From: Apostichopus japonicus
Lineage: Eukaryota
NCBI RefSeq assembly: GCF_037975245.1
Contig: NC_092564.1
Location: 11,423,891-11,487,890 of the forward strand
DNA: 64,000 nt
Reading direction: 5' to 3'
Part shown: positions 12,113-23,984 of the stretch, one piece after another
Layout of the letters: each line of letters opens with the position of its first letter
Numbering within the stretch: position 1 is the stretch's first letter
Translations under genes and position numbers: made by a program
Notes under the pieces: model-generated
Database searches by the model: none
What the model was told of the DNA's origin: nothing
The model's input: only the letters and a program-made list of their open reading frames with translations

Positions 12113-12259
12113 GTGTAAAAGTAAGTTGGCCTGACGATTCGATCCTAGCAGGATCTTCTTCAGAGGCTATTACAAGCAAAACTAAATATTACAAGCAAAA
12201 CTTATTTATTATAACAGATCCTGCTAGGATCGAAACGTCAGGCCAACTTACTTTTACAC
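12113..12259. repeat. Near-perfect inverted repeat / hairpin element. 43-bp arms (1 mismatch) with a 61-bp loop.
   Basis: gtgtaaaagtaagttggcctgacgattcgatcctagcaggatc ... gatcctgctaggatcgaaacgtcaggccaacttacttttacac. Confidence 0.85.
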
Positions 12260-13366
12260 ATTCTATTACACAGGCTCTCTAGTGGATAAGCAGTTTGCTA
12301 ACAGTTTTATTTTATTTTGATTTATTATAATTTGGTAATGAGCAAACTTCAATGTTTAAAAGAATCATAGAATGTTACAATACAACAATGTAAAGAAGAT
12401 AACCAAAAGACTAATAACAAAAGTACATTGTATCCCTTTAAGTTTTTAAGAACAGTTTCGCTTGTAATATTTAACTAATTTACATTATAGTGTTAGTATA
12501 GTCAATTTAAATCTTAATTGTCAAGTTCATGTAGGTTTACTGTTGACCGTTTAAAATAAATCTTAACATCTGTGAAACTCTTACAGCTTTTGTCTTATAA
12601 CCCTGTTTGTTAGTCTGATATATTTTCTGACTAATATTATTAATTATAATTGATAAGTACTACACTGAAACATGGTTACTGTTTACTTTACACTTTTATC
12701 ATGATTGCAAAGAACACTTAATGCATCAAATGAGTTAATAAGATAATATGAGAACATGATAATATGAGAACACTTGAATATGAGTTCATGATGCACACTT
12801 AACTAGAACAGATAAATATGATAGTCTTCTTTATGATTTCTCAAATTTAAGATACAGTATTCATGACCAGAAACAATTTTGACCAAAAATGCTCATAATG
12901 ACAGCAACATCTTATGACATTTGTTGGCTCCATAAATGCCCGCAAAGAATTCTTTCCAAAATGTACTAAATATAAAAACATTCAATGAAATAAAGAAATT
13001 TATGTTCCAAATGACACATAATATATGTAGAATTAGATGGTTGCTGCTATTTTTGAAAGCTAACCAAAACATTTGTATAAACTCCATCACAGTCAATGAT
13101 TATGCTAAACTCAAATATAATAAAATGGATTGCAAAATTTCCAAACGAAAAAGAAGCAGCAAAAATTGACAAAATATTATTGGCATTTTCAAATGATATT
13201 TTCTAAATGATAAACCTAATCTATATGATTTAAATGTTCTATATCTGCTACAAACATGAAGACCTCCCTCCCTGCCCCCCCCCATGTTTTTTTGTATTAA
13301 AAAATTGGCATGCAAAGTATAATATATGTAGCTATGAATTATAATGGATTAAAATCTAGGAAAGAA

Positions 13367-13492
13367 TCAAAACTCGAGGATATAGACTTGCCCTAGGTGA
13401 TCGCCGCAAACCAGTCTTAGCTTCGAGTTGTCACTGTGTAACGATGTCGTATTGAGGGACGTAACAGGAGCTTGACAATTAAACTGTCCCAC
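13367..13492 (-). CDS. TEP1: TEP1 terminal exon: VGQFNCQAPVTSLNTTSLHSDNSKLRLVCGDHLGQVYILEF*. TGA stop at 13367-13369.
   Basis: Acceptor ccttttccatcag|GTGGGA. Matches the human C-terminus ...LQLAVGDVQGNVYFLNWE*. Confidence 0.85.
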   Translation of the reverse strand: MGQFNCQAPVTSLNTTSLHSDNSKLRLVCGDHLGQVYILEF

Positions 13493-13956
13493 CTGATGGA
13501 AAAGGGGAAAACGAAGAAGAAAAACAAATGCAATTTCCAAGATTAATGTCATGATAAATTTACACAACAGAATATGCAGAATATGGCCATATGGGTCCTA
13601 TCTCCCTAAACAACGGTGGTTTTGTGACGGAGTCAATCTTCATTATAATATCAACAGTATCTGAAATGTAAATGGCTTTAAAAAATTAAAATAATGTACT
13701 ATCAGATATTATTCTTTCTGATTGATAAAAACAAAAGTATATGAGATAACACATCTTTTTATTTGTCTATTGATTTTAGTGTTGTTTCAGAGGATAATAA
13801 ATATATCTGTTTCCATAACTTGGAATAATGCTATAAAATATGTGAACAGATAATCAATATTAAGTGCTGCCTGCTTTCTTTGATCATAGAGTTGTGACAA
13901 GAGCCTTGACATTTCTTTATTTGGACTTGTCGCAGCTTCAAACAGATCTCCTTTAC

Positions 13957-14079
13957 CTGCATGAGGTCACTGCCGTCACCTTCTTCTCGTTCCTTCCATA
14001 GTTTTATTTTAGCGTCCTCTGAGGCAGTGATGATGTACCCCTCCACAGTATTCACCGCTGTGACCTTATCACCATGAAC
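13957..14079 (-). CDS. TEP1: TEP1 penultimate exon: VHGDKVTAVNTVEGYIITASEDAKIKLWKEREEGDGSDLMQ.
   Basis: Acceptor ctccggcacag|GTTCAT and donor ATGCAG|gtaaag. Matches human LLVTASKDRDVKLWERPSMQ. Confidence 0.85.
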
Positions 14080-14559
14080 CTGTGCCGGAGAGAATAATAA
14101 TGATCAATTGTATGTTTGACTCACTATTGTTTGTTAGAACAACAGACTAAGTTATTTAGATTAGAGTTCTTCTTATGGGGCCCTCCATGGGGAATTTCAA
14201 TCTCTTCTAATCCTTTTTTCACTTCTGTACTAAGCTAAATTACTAGAGACAATTATTTGTACTATGGAAGACCATTATTACTACCATACATAACTATTAT
14301 TACCACAGGAGACCATAATTATTACTATAAGAAGTACAAGAGTCCATATCACTGCTGCACGGAACCATTATTGTTATTAGAAAAAGAATCCCCATATTTG
14401 TTAGTGTAGGAGACCATTACCATGATTAAAATGAATATTTAGTTAAAAAGGCCGTTGTTAGCATCATTATAACTAGAGCAGACAATAATTACTTAATAGA
14501 AGAAAAGATCATTATTATGATGACCAGCGACGATGTCAAACATTGACAAATAAATGAGC

Positions 14560-15655
14560 AATGCATATAATATATAGAGATAGTGTGACGTCTGACCGAT
14601 GCCTTCAGTCAGACAAAGCAAGGATATTAATATGTAGAGATAGTGTCATCTGAGTGATGCCTTCAGTCAGAAACAGCAAACATTACAATATGCACAGATA
14701 GTGCCATCTGATTGATGCCTTCAGTCACACACAGCAAGAATTACAATATGCAGAGATAGTGCCATCTGATGGGTGCCTTCACTCAGACACAGCAATGATT
14801 ATTATATATAGAGAAAGTGTGACGTCTGACTGATGCCTTCAGTCAGACTTGGCATGAATTCTAATATCTAGAGATAGTGACATATGATGGATGCCTTCAG
14901 TCAGACACAGCAATGATTATAATATATAGAGATAGTGTGACCTCTGACTGATGCCTTCAGTCAGACACAGCAATGATAATAATATATAGAGATAGTGTGA
15001 CCTCTGACTGATGCCTTCAGCCAGACACAGCAATGATTATAGTATATAGAGATAGTGTGATGTATGACTGATGCCTTCAGTCAGACATGGCATGAATTCT
15101 AATATCTAGAGATAGTGACATATGATGGATGCCTTCAGTCAGACACAGCAATGATTATAATATATAGAGATAGTGTGACCTCTGACTGATGCCTTCAGTC
15201 AGACACAGCAATGATAATAATATATAGAGATAGTGTGACCTCTGACTGATGCCTTCAGCCAGACACAGCAATGATTATAGTATATAGAGATAGTGTGATG
15301 TATGACTGATGCCTTCAGTCAGACTTGGCATGAATTCTAATATCTAGAGATAGTGACATATGATGGATGCCTTCAGTCAGACACAGCAATGATTATAATA
15401 TATAGAGATAGTGTGACCTCTGACTGATGCCTTCAGTCAGACACAGCAATGATAATAATATATAGAGATAGTGTGACCTCTGACTGATGCCTTCAGCCAG
15501 ACACAGCAATGATTATAGTATATAGAGATAGTGTGATGTATGACTGATGCCTTCAGTCAGACATGGCATGAACTCTAATATCTAGAGATAGTGACATATG
15601 ATGGATGCCTTCAGTCAAATACATCTACTAAATAAAGCTGATTGCCTTGTAATAC
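14560..15655. repeat. Minisatellite in the TEP1 3' intron, about 60-bp unit with a 240-bp higher-order repeat x about 4. It ends at the donor of exon 15656-15826.
   Basis: Unit atagtgtgacctctgactgatgccttcagtcagacacagcaatgattataatatatagag. The HOR marker (..ggcatgaattctaatatctagagatagtgacatatgatggatgcc) recurs at about 14840, 15080, 15320 and 15560. Confidence 0.88.
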
Positions 15656-15826
15656 CTGTTTGGTTCTCTGCTCCCGTTGGATACGCTGGTCATCAATATA
15701 AATAGATCCGTCTTCCAGTCCGTAGACTATCACAGACTGTCCTATCTTTTGTTCATCACATTTCCACATCGAGAGGCTACAAACCACTGAGGGCAGCTCA
15801 ACGTCAGTTTTAAATTTATGCAGGAC
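15656..15826 (-). CDS. TEP1: TEP1 exon: VLHKFKTDVELPSVVCSLSMWKCDEQKIGQSVIVYGLEDGSIYIDDQRIQREQRTKQ.
   Basis: Acceptor ctgataaaaatag|GTCCTG and donor AAACAG|gtatta. Matches human ...LQLAVGD-region WD repeat. Confidence 0.8.
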
Positions 15827-16152
15827 CTATTTTTATCAGGAGAAGAAATTCACATAGTATTATCGCTCATAATGTTTATATCAGTTGTCATAGTAACTAT
15901 CTTTTGACAAAATAATATTATATAATAATATTAATATATTATTTCATGCTTGACATCAACACTCATACATGTTGTGCCAGAAGTTCCCATTTTTAACCTA
16001 GTTTAAAAACAGAAGGAAATTTTAACTGTACAACTGCATCTAAAGGCAAAACTTGATTTTTTTTTTAATATTTCTCCAAATTTAAACCACTTATGCATCA
16101 TCAAAAAACAAAACAAGAAAATATCCCACAAATTTGTCTTTGTGTCACTCAC

Positions 16153-16255
16153 TCTATCATTTAACTGAACTGACAGGGTCTGTTTCGTATCCACAAGTCC
16201 AACCGCTGCAAACCTCCTTGGCATGTAGCAGATGCAAGAAGTCCATTGGTCTAAC
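16153..16255 (-). CDS. TEP1: TEP1 exon: (K)LDQWTSCICYMPRRFAAVGLVDTKQTLSVQLNDR.
   Basis: Acceptor ttctttgttttag|GTTAGA and donor GATAGA|gtgagt. Confidence 0.8.
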
Positions 16256-16569
16256 CTAAAACAAAGAAAGGCAGTCAGGTACTAGAGATATCCCATCAAT
16301 GAGTTGAATTATTGATAATTGGGTCGTAACATCAACACCTTGGTAGAATCTCATTACTTTGATGTTCAAACCAATCAAACAAATTTCCTTTTAAGGATGT
16401 GCTAATTTCCACAAAAATTTCTCGAATAAATTTAAACAGAGCTCAGAGATTAAATTAAAATGTCAGTCACACTATAATGTGTAGAGGTTATATAAATGAA
16501 AGTCTTACTGAATGTTTGCAAAAATAGTTAAAAATGACTAGCACATGGGTTACAGAAAAATTCCTATCT

Positions 16570-16925
16570 TTAAGGAAAGCTGCTTTACTTGTTTTGATAT
16601 ATTGTAACTGAAAACATGATTTCATATAATGCTATCAAAAGTGGTACAAAACAAAATCCCAACTGAAAACATGATTTCATATACGATATCAAAAGTAATA
16701 CAAAAATGAATATTGACTGAAACAGGAGTGCATATATGATATCAAAAGTGGCACAAAACAAATCTCGACTGAAAACATGATTTCATATTCGATATCAAAA
16801 GTGATACAAAAAAAAATATTGACTGAAACACGATTGCATATATGATATCAAAAGTGGCACAAAACAAATCTCGACTGAAAACATGAATTCATATTCGATA
16901 TCAAAAGGAATTCCAAATAAAAACC
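16570..16925. repeat. Tandem repeat, about 120-bp unit x 3 (gactgaaaacatgatttcatat..gatatcaaaagtg..acaaaa), abutting the donor of TEP1 exon 16939-17112.
   Basis: Direct repeats read in sequence. Confidence 0.8.
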
Positions 16926-16938
16926 TCCAAGTACTTAC

Positions 16939-17112
16939 TTCCTTCTAGATTGCACCCATTTGCCTTTTGCAAGTCCCTCAATAGTCTCAACAAAGTCCCA
17001 AGTAGCTATATATAGAATGTCATCATCTGTATTGTAGGACATAGCAGTAACAGGTCTCAGGGGGCCATCTCTTCCCTGACTCATGGACTTCAGTAACTTC
17101 TCTTGCTTCTTC
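16939..17112 (-). CDS. TEP1: TEP1 exon: KKQEKLLKSMSQGRDGPLRPVTAMSYNTDDDILYIATWDFVETIEGLAKGKWVQSRR.
   Basis: Acceptor tgttactttcag|GAAGAA and donor AGGAA|gtaagt. Confidence 0.82.
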
Positions 17113-17339
17113 CTGAAAGTAACAGTGGAGATGAATGGTAAAGTTGAACCAAAGAGAGAAAGCATAGCTGAGTGTAATATAGCTTAGAGGGTAATAATGT
17201 ATAGCCCCACCAGTAGAGTACTTGTACTTGCATAAAAGATACATCAAAGGGTGTTAATGCAGTAGCCTGGATCTAAGAAGAATATCACAATGAAGATTTA
17301 GATTGAAGTAAATGACAATAGCTTGAAGTTAGAAGGCAG

Positions 17340-17580
17340 TGGAGCTAAGCTGGACATTGAGGATTGCAGTAAGACAAAGAAAAAATAAAGTAGATTGGAA
17401 TAGAGCGTGGTAGATTGAAATAGAGCATAGTAGATTGAAATAGAGCACAGTAGATTGAAATAGAAAATAGTTGATTGAAATTAGAACACAATAGACTGAA
17501 GTAGAAAACAGCAGATGAAAGTAACAAATAGTGGGGTTGAAGTTACAACACAAGGGTTAAAGTAGAGCAGAGTGGATCAA
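17340..17580. repeat. Degenerate 20-bp tandem repeat (tagattgaaatagagcrtrg), about 10 copies, in a TEP1 intron.
   Basis: Read in sequence. Confidence 0.8.
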
Positions 17581-17644
17581 AATAGACCACAGACTTTCAC
17601 AGACTTTAGTGGGGAAAGAACAAAGTTCTTGACAAATGACTTAC

Positions 17645-17772
17645 TTGACACTAATGGCCTTGGAGTTGTGTGGGTTATCAATCTGCCACATAGATAATAC
17701 TCCGCTACTGCTACCAAATATAACTCGTCTCTCGTTGATAAATGCACCGCAATTGGCAGAGCAGTCAAATAA
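17645..17772 (-). CDS. TEP1: TEP1 WD40 exon: LFDCSANCGAFINERRVIFGSSSGVLSMWQIDNPHNSKAISV.
   Basis: Acceptor aatccctcacag|TTATTT and donor GTCAA|gtaagt. Confidence 0.82.
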
Positions 17773-18480
17773 CTGTGAGGGATTGAAAAGTTAGAATTGA
17801 TGTTCATATTAATGTCTGTTGCAAAACTTAAACATTCCCATCCAAAAAGAGCCCAAGATTCTTCTGCAATTATGTATTCAGTTTCATGTTTGATCTAATA
17901 TGAGAAAAAGTCTTGATTTGTTTCAAAAGTTAGCTGGGTATTTCATAAAATGCCTTTGGGTGAATTCATTTGTTTTTTGTCTTAACACCAGTGACGAGAT
18001 CAAACTTTTCTATTTTCAATCCACACCAGAAACTATATACACTTAGGCTTCTGTCAATGCTTGTAAACTGTGGCTTGGAGAAGACCAAGAAAAATCTTTC
18101 CTTAAATAAATCTTACTGTGTCTCTACTAAAGTGTACTGAAAGAGAGCATATATCTTTTTAGACTGAAACAGTTCAATTTTCGGGAAATTACCGCAATCA
18201 AAACTTTGCAATATGTGAAGCTATCAAAGCTCTCCTGTCAGCATTTTGATGTTATTAACTCATTGACGGGCACCAAACAAAGCTCATGTGGGAATTCCAT
18301 AATGTTTACAGGACATCTAAACAACATACAGAAGACAGGTTTCAAGTAGTGTGTTACAGACTACAATAGTTTATTGTCTTTGATAAGAAACTAGTCAACT
18401 AGATAGAGCTGTCCATGTTGAGAGAGCACGTCTTCACATTTCTATCTATCCTTTCAATCTATGGCTTCAAACAAACTCAC

Positions 18481-18559
18481 CTGCCAGGTGTGTACTTTGG
18501 TTAAAGCTGCATGACTTTTATCCATGAGATTCTGATACCAGAGAGAGGCGGTACCATCC
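18481..18559 (-). CDS. TEP1: TEP1 WD40 exon: DGTASLWYQNLMDKSHAALTKVHTWQ.
   Basis: Acceptor tgtttctcctcag|GGATGG and donor TGGCAG|gtgagt. Confidence 0.82.
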
Positions 18560-19017
18560 CTGAGGAGAAACAAAAGATGCAGTGGTCGATACGATTGGAA
18601 TTTAAAACCAGGAAATGAGGTTATGGGAGGATTGAAATCAACAAATAACATTACTGAAATGTGAGTATCATCTAATAAAGCTTGATACGAGAGAGTTTTT
18701 CAAAACAGGAAGAAAATATTTACACATTAGACTTTGCAATGCATTTTAATACCCAGTGTTACTCTTTCTTCCAACTTTAAAAATATAATGCCCTCAAATG
18801 CTAAAACACTACATCAATAAATCTTGTAGCAGGAGGGTTTAAAGATCAAATATTTATCCAACTCTAGCTACATTTGTTGACTGTAAAACTCATAAACATA
18901 GCTTTATCCCTACTCTCAATTTAAGACGAAATCCCACAGACCTATCATTTCATTTTTTTCTTTTCTTTTCTGTCATGAAGCCTGAATATTAATTCTACCA
19001 GTGACCTTTGACATAAA

Positions 19018-19109
19018 GCATATTTACCTGCTGATTGTGACCACAATATTTCCAGAGGGAGATACTACAACAGAAGTAACAGCGTCTTTGTGAACAGCGA
19101 AATCGGTCC
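19018..19109 (-). CDS. TEP1: TEP1 WD40 exon: HHKRTDFAVHKDAVTSVVVSPSGNIVVTIS(R).
   Basis: Acceptor atttcttcccag|CACCAT and donor ATCAGCAG|gtaaat. Confidence 0.82.
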
Positions 19110-19303
19110 GTTTATGGTGCTGGGAAGAAATTGGAAGACACTGACGTTAGATGTTGCTAGGATCCAAAGATTCAGCCCTCTAAATTTTATACATGATTTT
19201 GCAGTGGATAAACAAATTCTTTAAGAGTTTTAGTTGTCAGTAATGAATTTAATAAAGACAACAGATTTAGAGTGCTAGAAAGAACTGTGTTAATGTCACC
19301 TAC

Positions 19304-19423
19304 CACTGGCTTCCAGATTCTAACAGTCTTGTCCAGTGAGGCCGACAACACCTGTCCACTTCCTGCTACTGCTACAGCAACCACTCTGTCTCCATGTCCT
19401 GTCAGGGTACACAGCTCATTACC
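19304..19423 (-). CDS. TEP1: TEP1 WD40 exon: GNELCTLTGHGDRVVAVAVAGSGQVLSASLDKTVRIWKPV.
   Basis: Acceptor tattcttattag|GGTAAT and donor CCAGTG|gtaggt. Confidence 0.85.
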
Positions 19424-19974
19424 CTAATAAGAATAAAACCAAACTTGTCATATTTAATGATTATATTGAAAGAATGTTCAGCTTAAAGGGTGTGAAGACT
19501 CGCGCAAAAAAGAAACGTCTAATGCCGGTAATTTGACCTAGTTTCGAATGAGGTGTAACAGAAGTGTTAAACACCACCATCGATCACAGGAAATACACAC
19601 ACAGCTTGCTACCGTCGGTACTTAGACACTAGTGTACAGTCAGTACATACAGCTGCGGTCAATACCCACAGCACAGTATACAAACAATACAGCGATGGAC
19701 ATCTCAGGTCCAGCCAAAGATAACAAGGTATCACGTTCATTACTGTCTGCATTTTGTAGGGACATGAACAAAACGTCACTTGCAAGCAACAGAAAGTTAA
19801 CTTTTTCAGATTGCCGCATACGGTTTGGGGCGAGTCTTCAATGCCTTTAAAAGTAAGTTTCTATGAAAATATCAAAAAAAAAGAATGAACACTAATGATG
19901 AGATATGAATTAAAATCTTCAGAATAATTAATCAGATCCTAACGATAATTTAGAAACATGACATTAAAAACTAC

Positions 19975-20156
19975 CTGAAGAGGCTTCCAAAGCTGGCAGG
20001 TCCCGTCCTCACTGGAAGATGCAACCGTAACTTCCTCCAGGTTGACCTTTGACCCCTTGTTCATTTTCTTCTTCATATGACCTTCCTTCCATTCATCTTT
20101 AGCCATGATGGTCGCCCAACTCTGGTTCTCTTCCATTTTCTCGATCATATCATCAT
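19975..20156 (-). CDS. TEP1: TEP1 exon: (D)DDMIEKMEENQSWATIMAKDEWKEGHMKKKMNKGSKVNLEEVTVASSSEDGTCQLWKPLQ.
   Basis: Acceptor gcttcctccag|ATGATG and donor CTTCAG|gtagtt. Confidence 0.8.
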
Positions 20157-21290
20157 CTGGAGGAAGCAAATTATGAAAGACGATATAGAGAATTTAATCT
20201 ACAAAATGGTATTAAAATGCCATACTCTTTTGTAAATTTCTGCTAAACATTTCAACAAGCACCTGTGAAACACATGGGGAGTTCACTAAAGCTCATAGCA
20301 AGCATATATATTATATATTAGGGGTTGAACTGAAGCTCACAACAAGCACCTATAAAACACATTGGGTTTAATGAAATGCTAACAAGGTGTATCAAGTTAA
20401 TACTACATATTTAGGCTTGAACTTCACTTCAACAAATATAAATTTTTCAAATGACATCAGAAGGTTAAACAGAGAATGTAAACTGTTTGAATAAATCAAT
20501 GAGCTTGGGGATATTAGTACTATTTTATTCTTTAACATTGAAGAGTCTTGTCTTTTTTTGTTTAAGAAACTGAAGAAAGGATGAAAATAAGATGAAAACA
20601 TGCATGACATTCCAGATCAAGTTTTCTGTGCCTTTATGTAATTCACTTTAACAAGATATTTCTTTAAAATGTTAGAACTAACACTAACTGTGCAAAGAAG
20701 AAAAAACAAGAAAAGAAAAACAGCTGTCCAAATTGATTTCAGATAAATGCTAAGGTCTTTGGTTTATAATATTTCCATTTGATCGATAACATTCTTTGGA
20801 ATAATAACATTCCACATTGCTTAGACTTTGGATATTGGATACAATATAAATTATTTTGAGTGATTGATTAATTGATTGATTAAATACACCCGCTTTATAA
20901 TAATTAATAATATTTGCTTTTTATATAGCGCTTTACACCAGCGATAGGTCTCAAAGCGCTTTACAGACGTTATATTACCCCTGGTCAATGATAACCTGTC
21001 CCAGAGACAATCCCTCCAGTCGGCAGCAGTTATATACTGCGCCCAATGACAAGTTACCTCACAGGTACTCATTTAACCCCTGGGTGGAGAGAGGCAAGTG
21101 AGATAATGCATCTTGCCCACGGACACAACGTAATGAACTAGGCATGAATCGAACCAGCAATCCTTGGATCACGAGTCCAACGCCTTAGCCAATTGCTCTC
21201 TTTGTACAAGTGATACATAAGACAATATATCACATATGAGACAATATGAAATAAAGAATTGTCAAATTACAAGAAAAAGACAAATGATAC

Positions 21291-21438
21291 CTTCATCACC
21301 ATCCTCTTCGCCGACTGGTACCAAAATATCACAACAGTTGACTCCTCTGTCATGGGCATGCAATGTAGTGATTTCAACACCTCTGTGTGACCAGATTTTA
21401 AGTTGTCCATCTGCTGAACTGGATACGATACACCCATG
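21291..21438 (-). CDS. TEP1: TEP1 WD40 exon: HGCIVSSSADGQLKIWSHRGVEITTLHAHDRGVNCCDILVPVGEEDGDE(G).
   Basis: Acceptor ctttgtttttag|CATGGG and donor GATGAAG|gtatca. Confidence 0.82.
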
Positions 21439-21658
21439 CTAAAAACAAAGATATAGAAATTCAAAAGTTAGACATGTTTTTGTTTCATGAGCCATTACTT
21501 TAAAGTGAAGGGAAATATCAGTTTCAGAGATGACTAATATAGGCCCTGTAGAAGAGGTATATACCAGCAGAACTTGAAATAAAGCTTTTCGGTGACCGTA
21601 GAAAAGAGATATCCTGAGCTCTAAAACAAGCTAGAGACCATTAAATGCATTGACTCAC

Positions 21659-21766
21659 ACTGTAGGAAACGGATGTCACAGCCGACAAATGACCCTCAAA
21701 GGTGACTTTAACCTGCTTCTTCTTCAGACTCCATAACTTCAGGCTACAATCATTAGACCCAGTCAC
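21659..21766 (-). CDS. TEP1: TEP1 WD40 exon: VTGSNDCSLKLWSLKKKQVKVTFEGHLSAVTSVSYS.
   Basis: Acceptor ttgtgtcacag|GTGACT and donor TACAGT|gtgagt. Confidence 0.85.
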
Positions 21767-22371
21767 CTGTGACACAATGAAAGATATCATTCATAAAAGG
21801 GAGAGAAAACTTAAACCTCTAGTTTCATGATTCTTAATATAAACTGATTTTAATGCAACAATACTGATCACACAGATCTTGATGAAGTTAAATTTCAGTA
21901 GACTCGTTTATTCACTGTCCTATTCAATGACTTATGAATATTAATTATACAGAACAAGAAAATTTGATAAATGATAGAGACGAAAATGGATGACAAAGTC
22001 AAAGAAACTCGATCACAAAAGGAAACTACTTCACAAATGCATAAATGCACAAATGCATAAAATGGTTACTGCATTTAGTGAGGTTTTGAAAGATGTGGAT
22101 CATCAGGCATTGGTGCAATGGGTAGCTTCCAATATTCAAGGCAAAACACATAAACAACTTAAAAGCTGAGTTCTTCATTGCTATTAATAATATAAAATTG
22201 AGAACTTCTAAATGCTCGGATGGTTCATATATAATAAAAAAATATGGAAAGCTCTATGACTGTTCGCCTTAATGCACAACACAGAATTTTTAAAAATTAT
22301 AACGTTTAATAGACAAAGTAAACAAGTCAAACAACAGCTTATCTACTAAAGAACATCTACATAAACCGTAC

Positions 22372-22500
22372 CAGATAATCGCCATTATCGGACCAAGCCA
22401 CTGACGTTATCCAATCTTTATGACAACCGTGTATCTTGAGCGTTGGTTGCTTTCCCTCTTGTCGGAGACTGCCATCATCTGATGCCCACACGATCAACAT
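22372..22500 (-). CDS. TEP1: TEP1 WD40 exon: MLIVWASDDGSLRQEGKQPTLKIHGCHKDWITSVAWSDNGDYL.
   Basis: Acceptor gctcttatag|ATGTTG and donor TATCTG|gtacgg. Matches human SLLCWDVRTPKTPVLIHSFPACHRDWVTGCAWTKDNLL. Confidence 0.85.
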
Positions 22501-22959
22501 CTATAAGAGCAAAAACAATTAGCTATGTAGTCAAACATTACATCTCCCATTGTGAAATTATGTACTGTGATATTGAAGTGCTGTTATATAAAGATAATGA
22601 AGGGCATTTTTTCCACTTTTTGTTTTAAATCTTTTTTTGATGGAACAGAGATAGAAATGTCAAATGTCATAATTTAAGACACAATGAGCATAAATATTAA
22701 AAATAAATAAAATATAACATTAACATTAAGGCCTTCACTGGAGAACCAATGTCATTGCTGATTTAGCTTTAAAGGAGTATTCCAGAGATATTAACATATT
22801 TTAAAGATGAATATCTTATAAGTCTGGAATAGCTACAGAAATATGTTCCCAGCACTCATAGTTTTTTTCTTGGACTATGAATTATCGAGACTAACATGAA
22901 TCTGTCTAATCCCATCCTTTAAGCCATTAGCTGCATACATAGCTAGTATTAATCTTTAC

Positions 22960-23062
22960 CTTATCCCTGGTTACACAAGCCAATTGGGTACCATCGGGAC
23001 TGAAGGCAATACAGCTGACCGGCGCTGAACTCTCTGCATACAATGTACAGAGTATTGGTAAG
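22960..23062 (-). CDS. TEP1: TEP1 WD40 exon: (S)LPILCTLYAESSAPVSCIAFSPDGTQLACVTRDK.
   Basis: Acceptor gtcgttgcag|CTTACC and donor GGGATAAG|gtaaag. Matches human HEGPVSCCSFSTDGGSLATGGRDR. Confidence 0.85.
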
Positions 23063-23820
23063 CTGCAACGACAGTAAAATAATGTAAACGGTTGCTTTCG
23101 TAATGAAATGTACACTTGATCAGTACTTTTTGTTTCTTTAAAAATCTACAATTACTGTACAAATTACTGTTCAGCTGATTCACTCTTATTTCACAGCTCA
23201 CTTTAAATCTTTCACTTGTTGGCAAATTTGTTCTAACAAATGGTTTAGCATGGTATGGTGGAGCTGTCAATGGATCGTTGGGGGGAAAGTTCTGAGCCTT
23301 GTGAACCCCCTCCCACCCCTGCCTCCTGTGAGCCCACCACAAAAGAAGTGCTCTAGGTGAAATTGGATGTGAAGTATTAAAGACATCTCAGATATTGTAC
23401 CTAGCTAAAATAAATGGAATAACGATAATCTAAACACTGATTTCACTCCTGATGGTGTATGTCCCCCTCCCAACCACTCACCCGGTTGATCTTGGTATTA
23501 AGTTTACAGCCCTGTCAATGAATGTACACTTTTAATATTCTTAAGCACATAGTAAGTCCTGACAACCTCTCAGTCCCCTACCCAATCACCACATCCAAAG
23601 TTACTTCACCATATGATATTATTGTGAAATAGCACCATCCCATCTCAGTTTTATCAATTACAATTTAAAGCAAACATTTTATTTAGATTACCCACAGCCC
23701 TCTCTAGAATTAATAACCCGGTATTCAGAACATATCTGGTAGAAAATTTCCCCGGCAAATGCCCTACAAATGCAACCTACGAAGGTAATACTTTATTGAA
23801 ATAAACAATTTTAAACAAAC

Positions 23821-23984
23821 CTCTTCATTCCTTTTGACAAAGTCATTAGTCTCCAGATCTTGATTGATGCATCTTCAAATGATGCGGCCACCAGCTGGTT
23901 CCTTGAGGCAAAGGTGACAGAGGAGACTGGAGTGTGGTCCGAAGTGAGTGTAGTGATGAGGCGCCCATCTTCACTGGAAAGAAT
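23821..23984 (-). CDS. TEP1: TEP1 WD40 exon: ILSSEDGRLITTLTSDHTPVSSVTFASRNQLVAASFEDASIKIWRLMTLSKGMK.
   Basis: Acceptor catcatccttag|ATTCTT and donor GAAGAG|gtttgt. Matches human ...ATSQELLASASEDFTVQLWP. Confidence 0.8.

Noticed and set aside
12112-12262. Calling the 43-bp-arm hairpin a miRNA gene.
   Set aside because: The arms are too long and too perfect for a typical animal pre-miRNA (about 22-bp stems with bulges). It is reported as a hairpin/MITE-like element with small-RNA potential instead, pending small-RNA data.
13831-13956. A read-through continuation of the penultimate TEP1 exon (..VKEICLKLRQVQIKKCQGSCHNSMIKESRQHLILIICSHIL*).
   Set aside because: A strong donor (CAG|gtaaag) occurs at 13957. 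The downstream exon 13367-13492 encodes ...GDHLGQVYILEF*, which matches the human C-terminus. The read-through has no homology.
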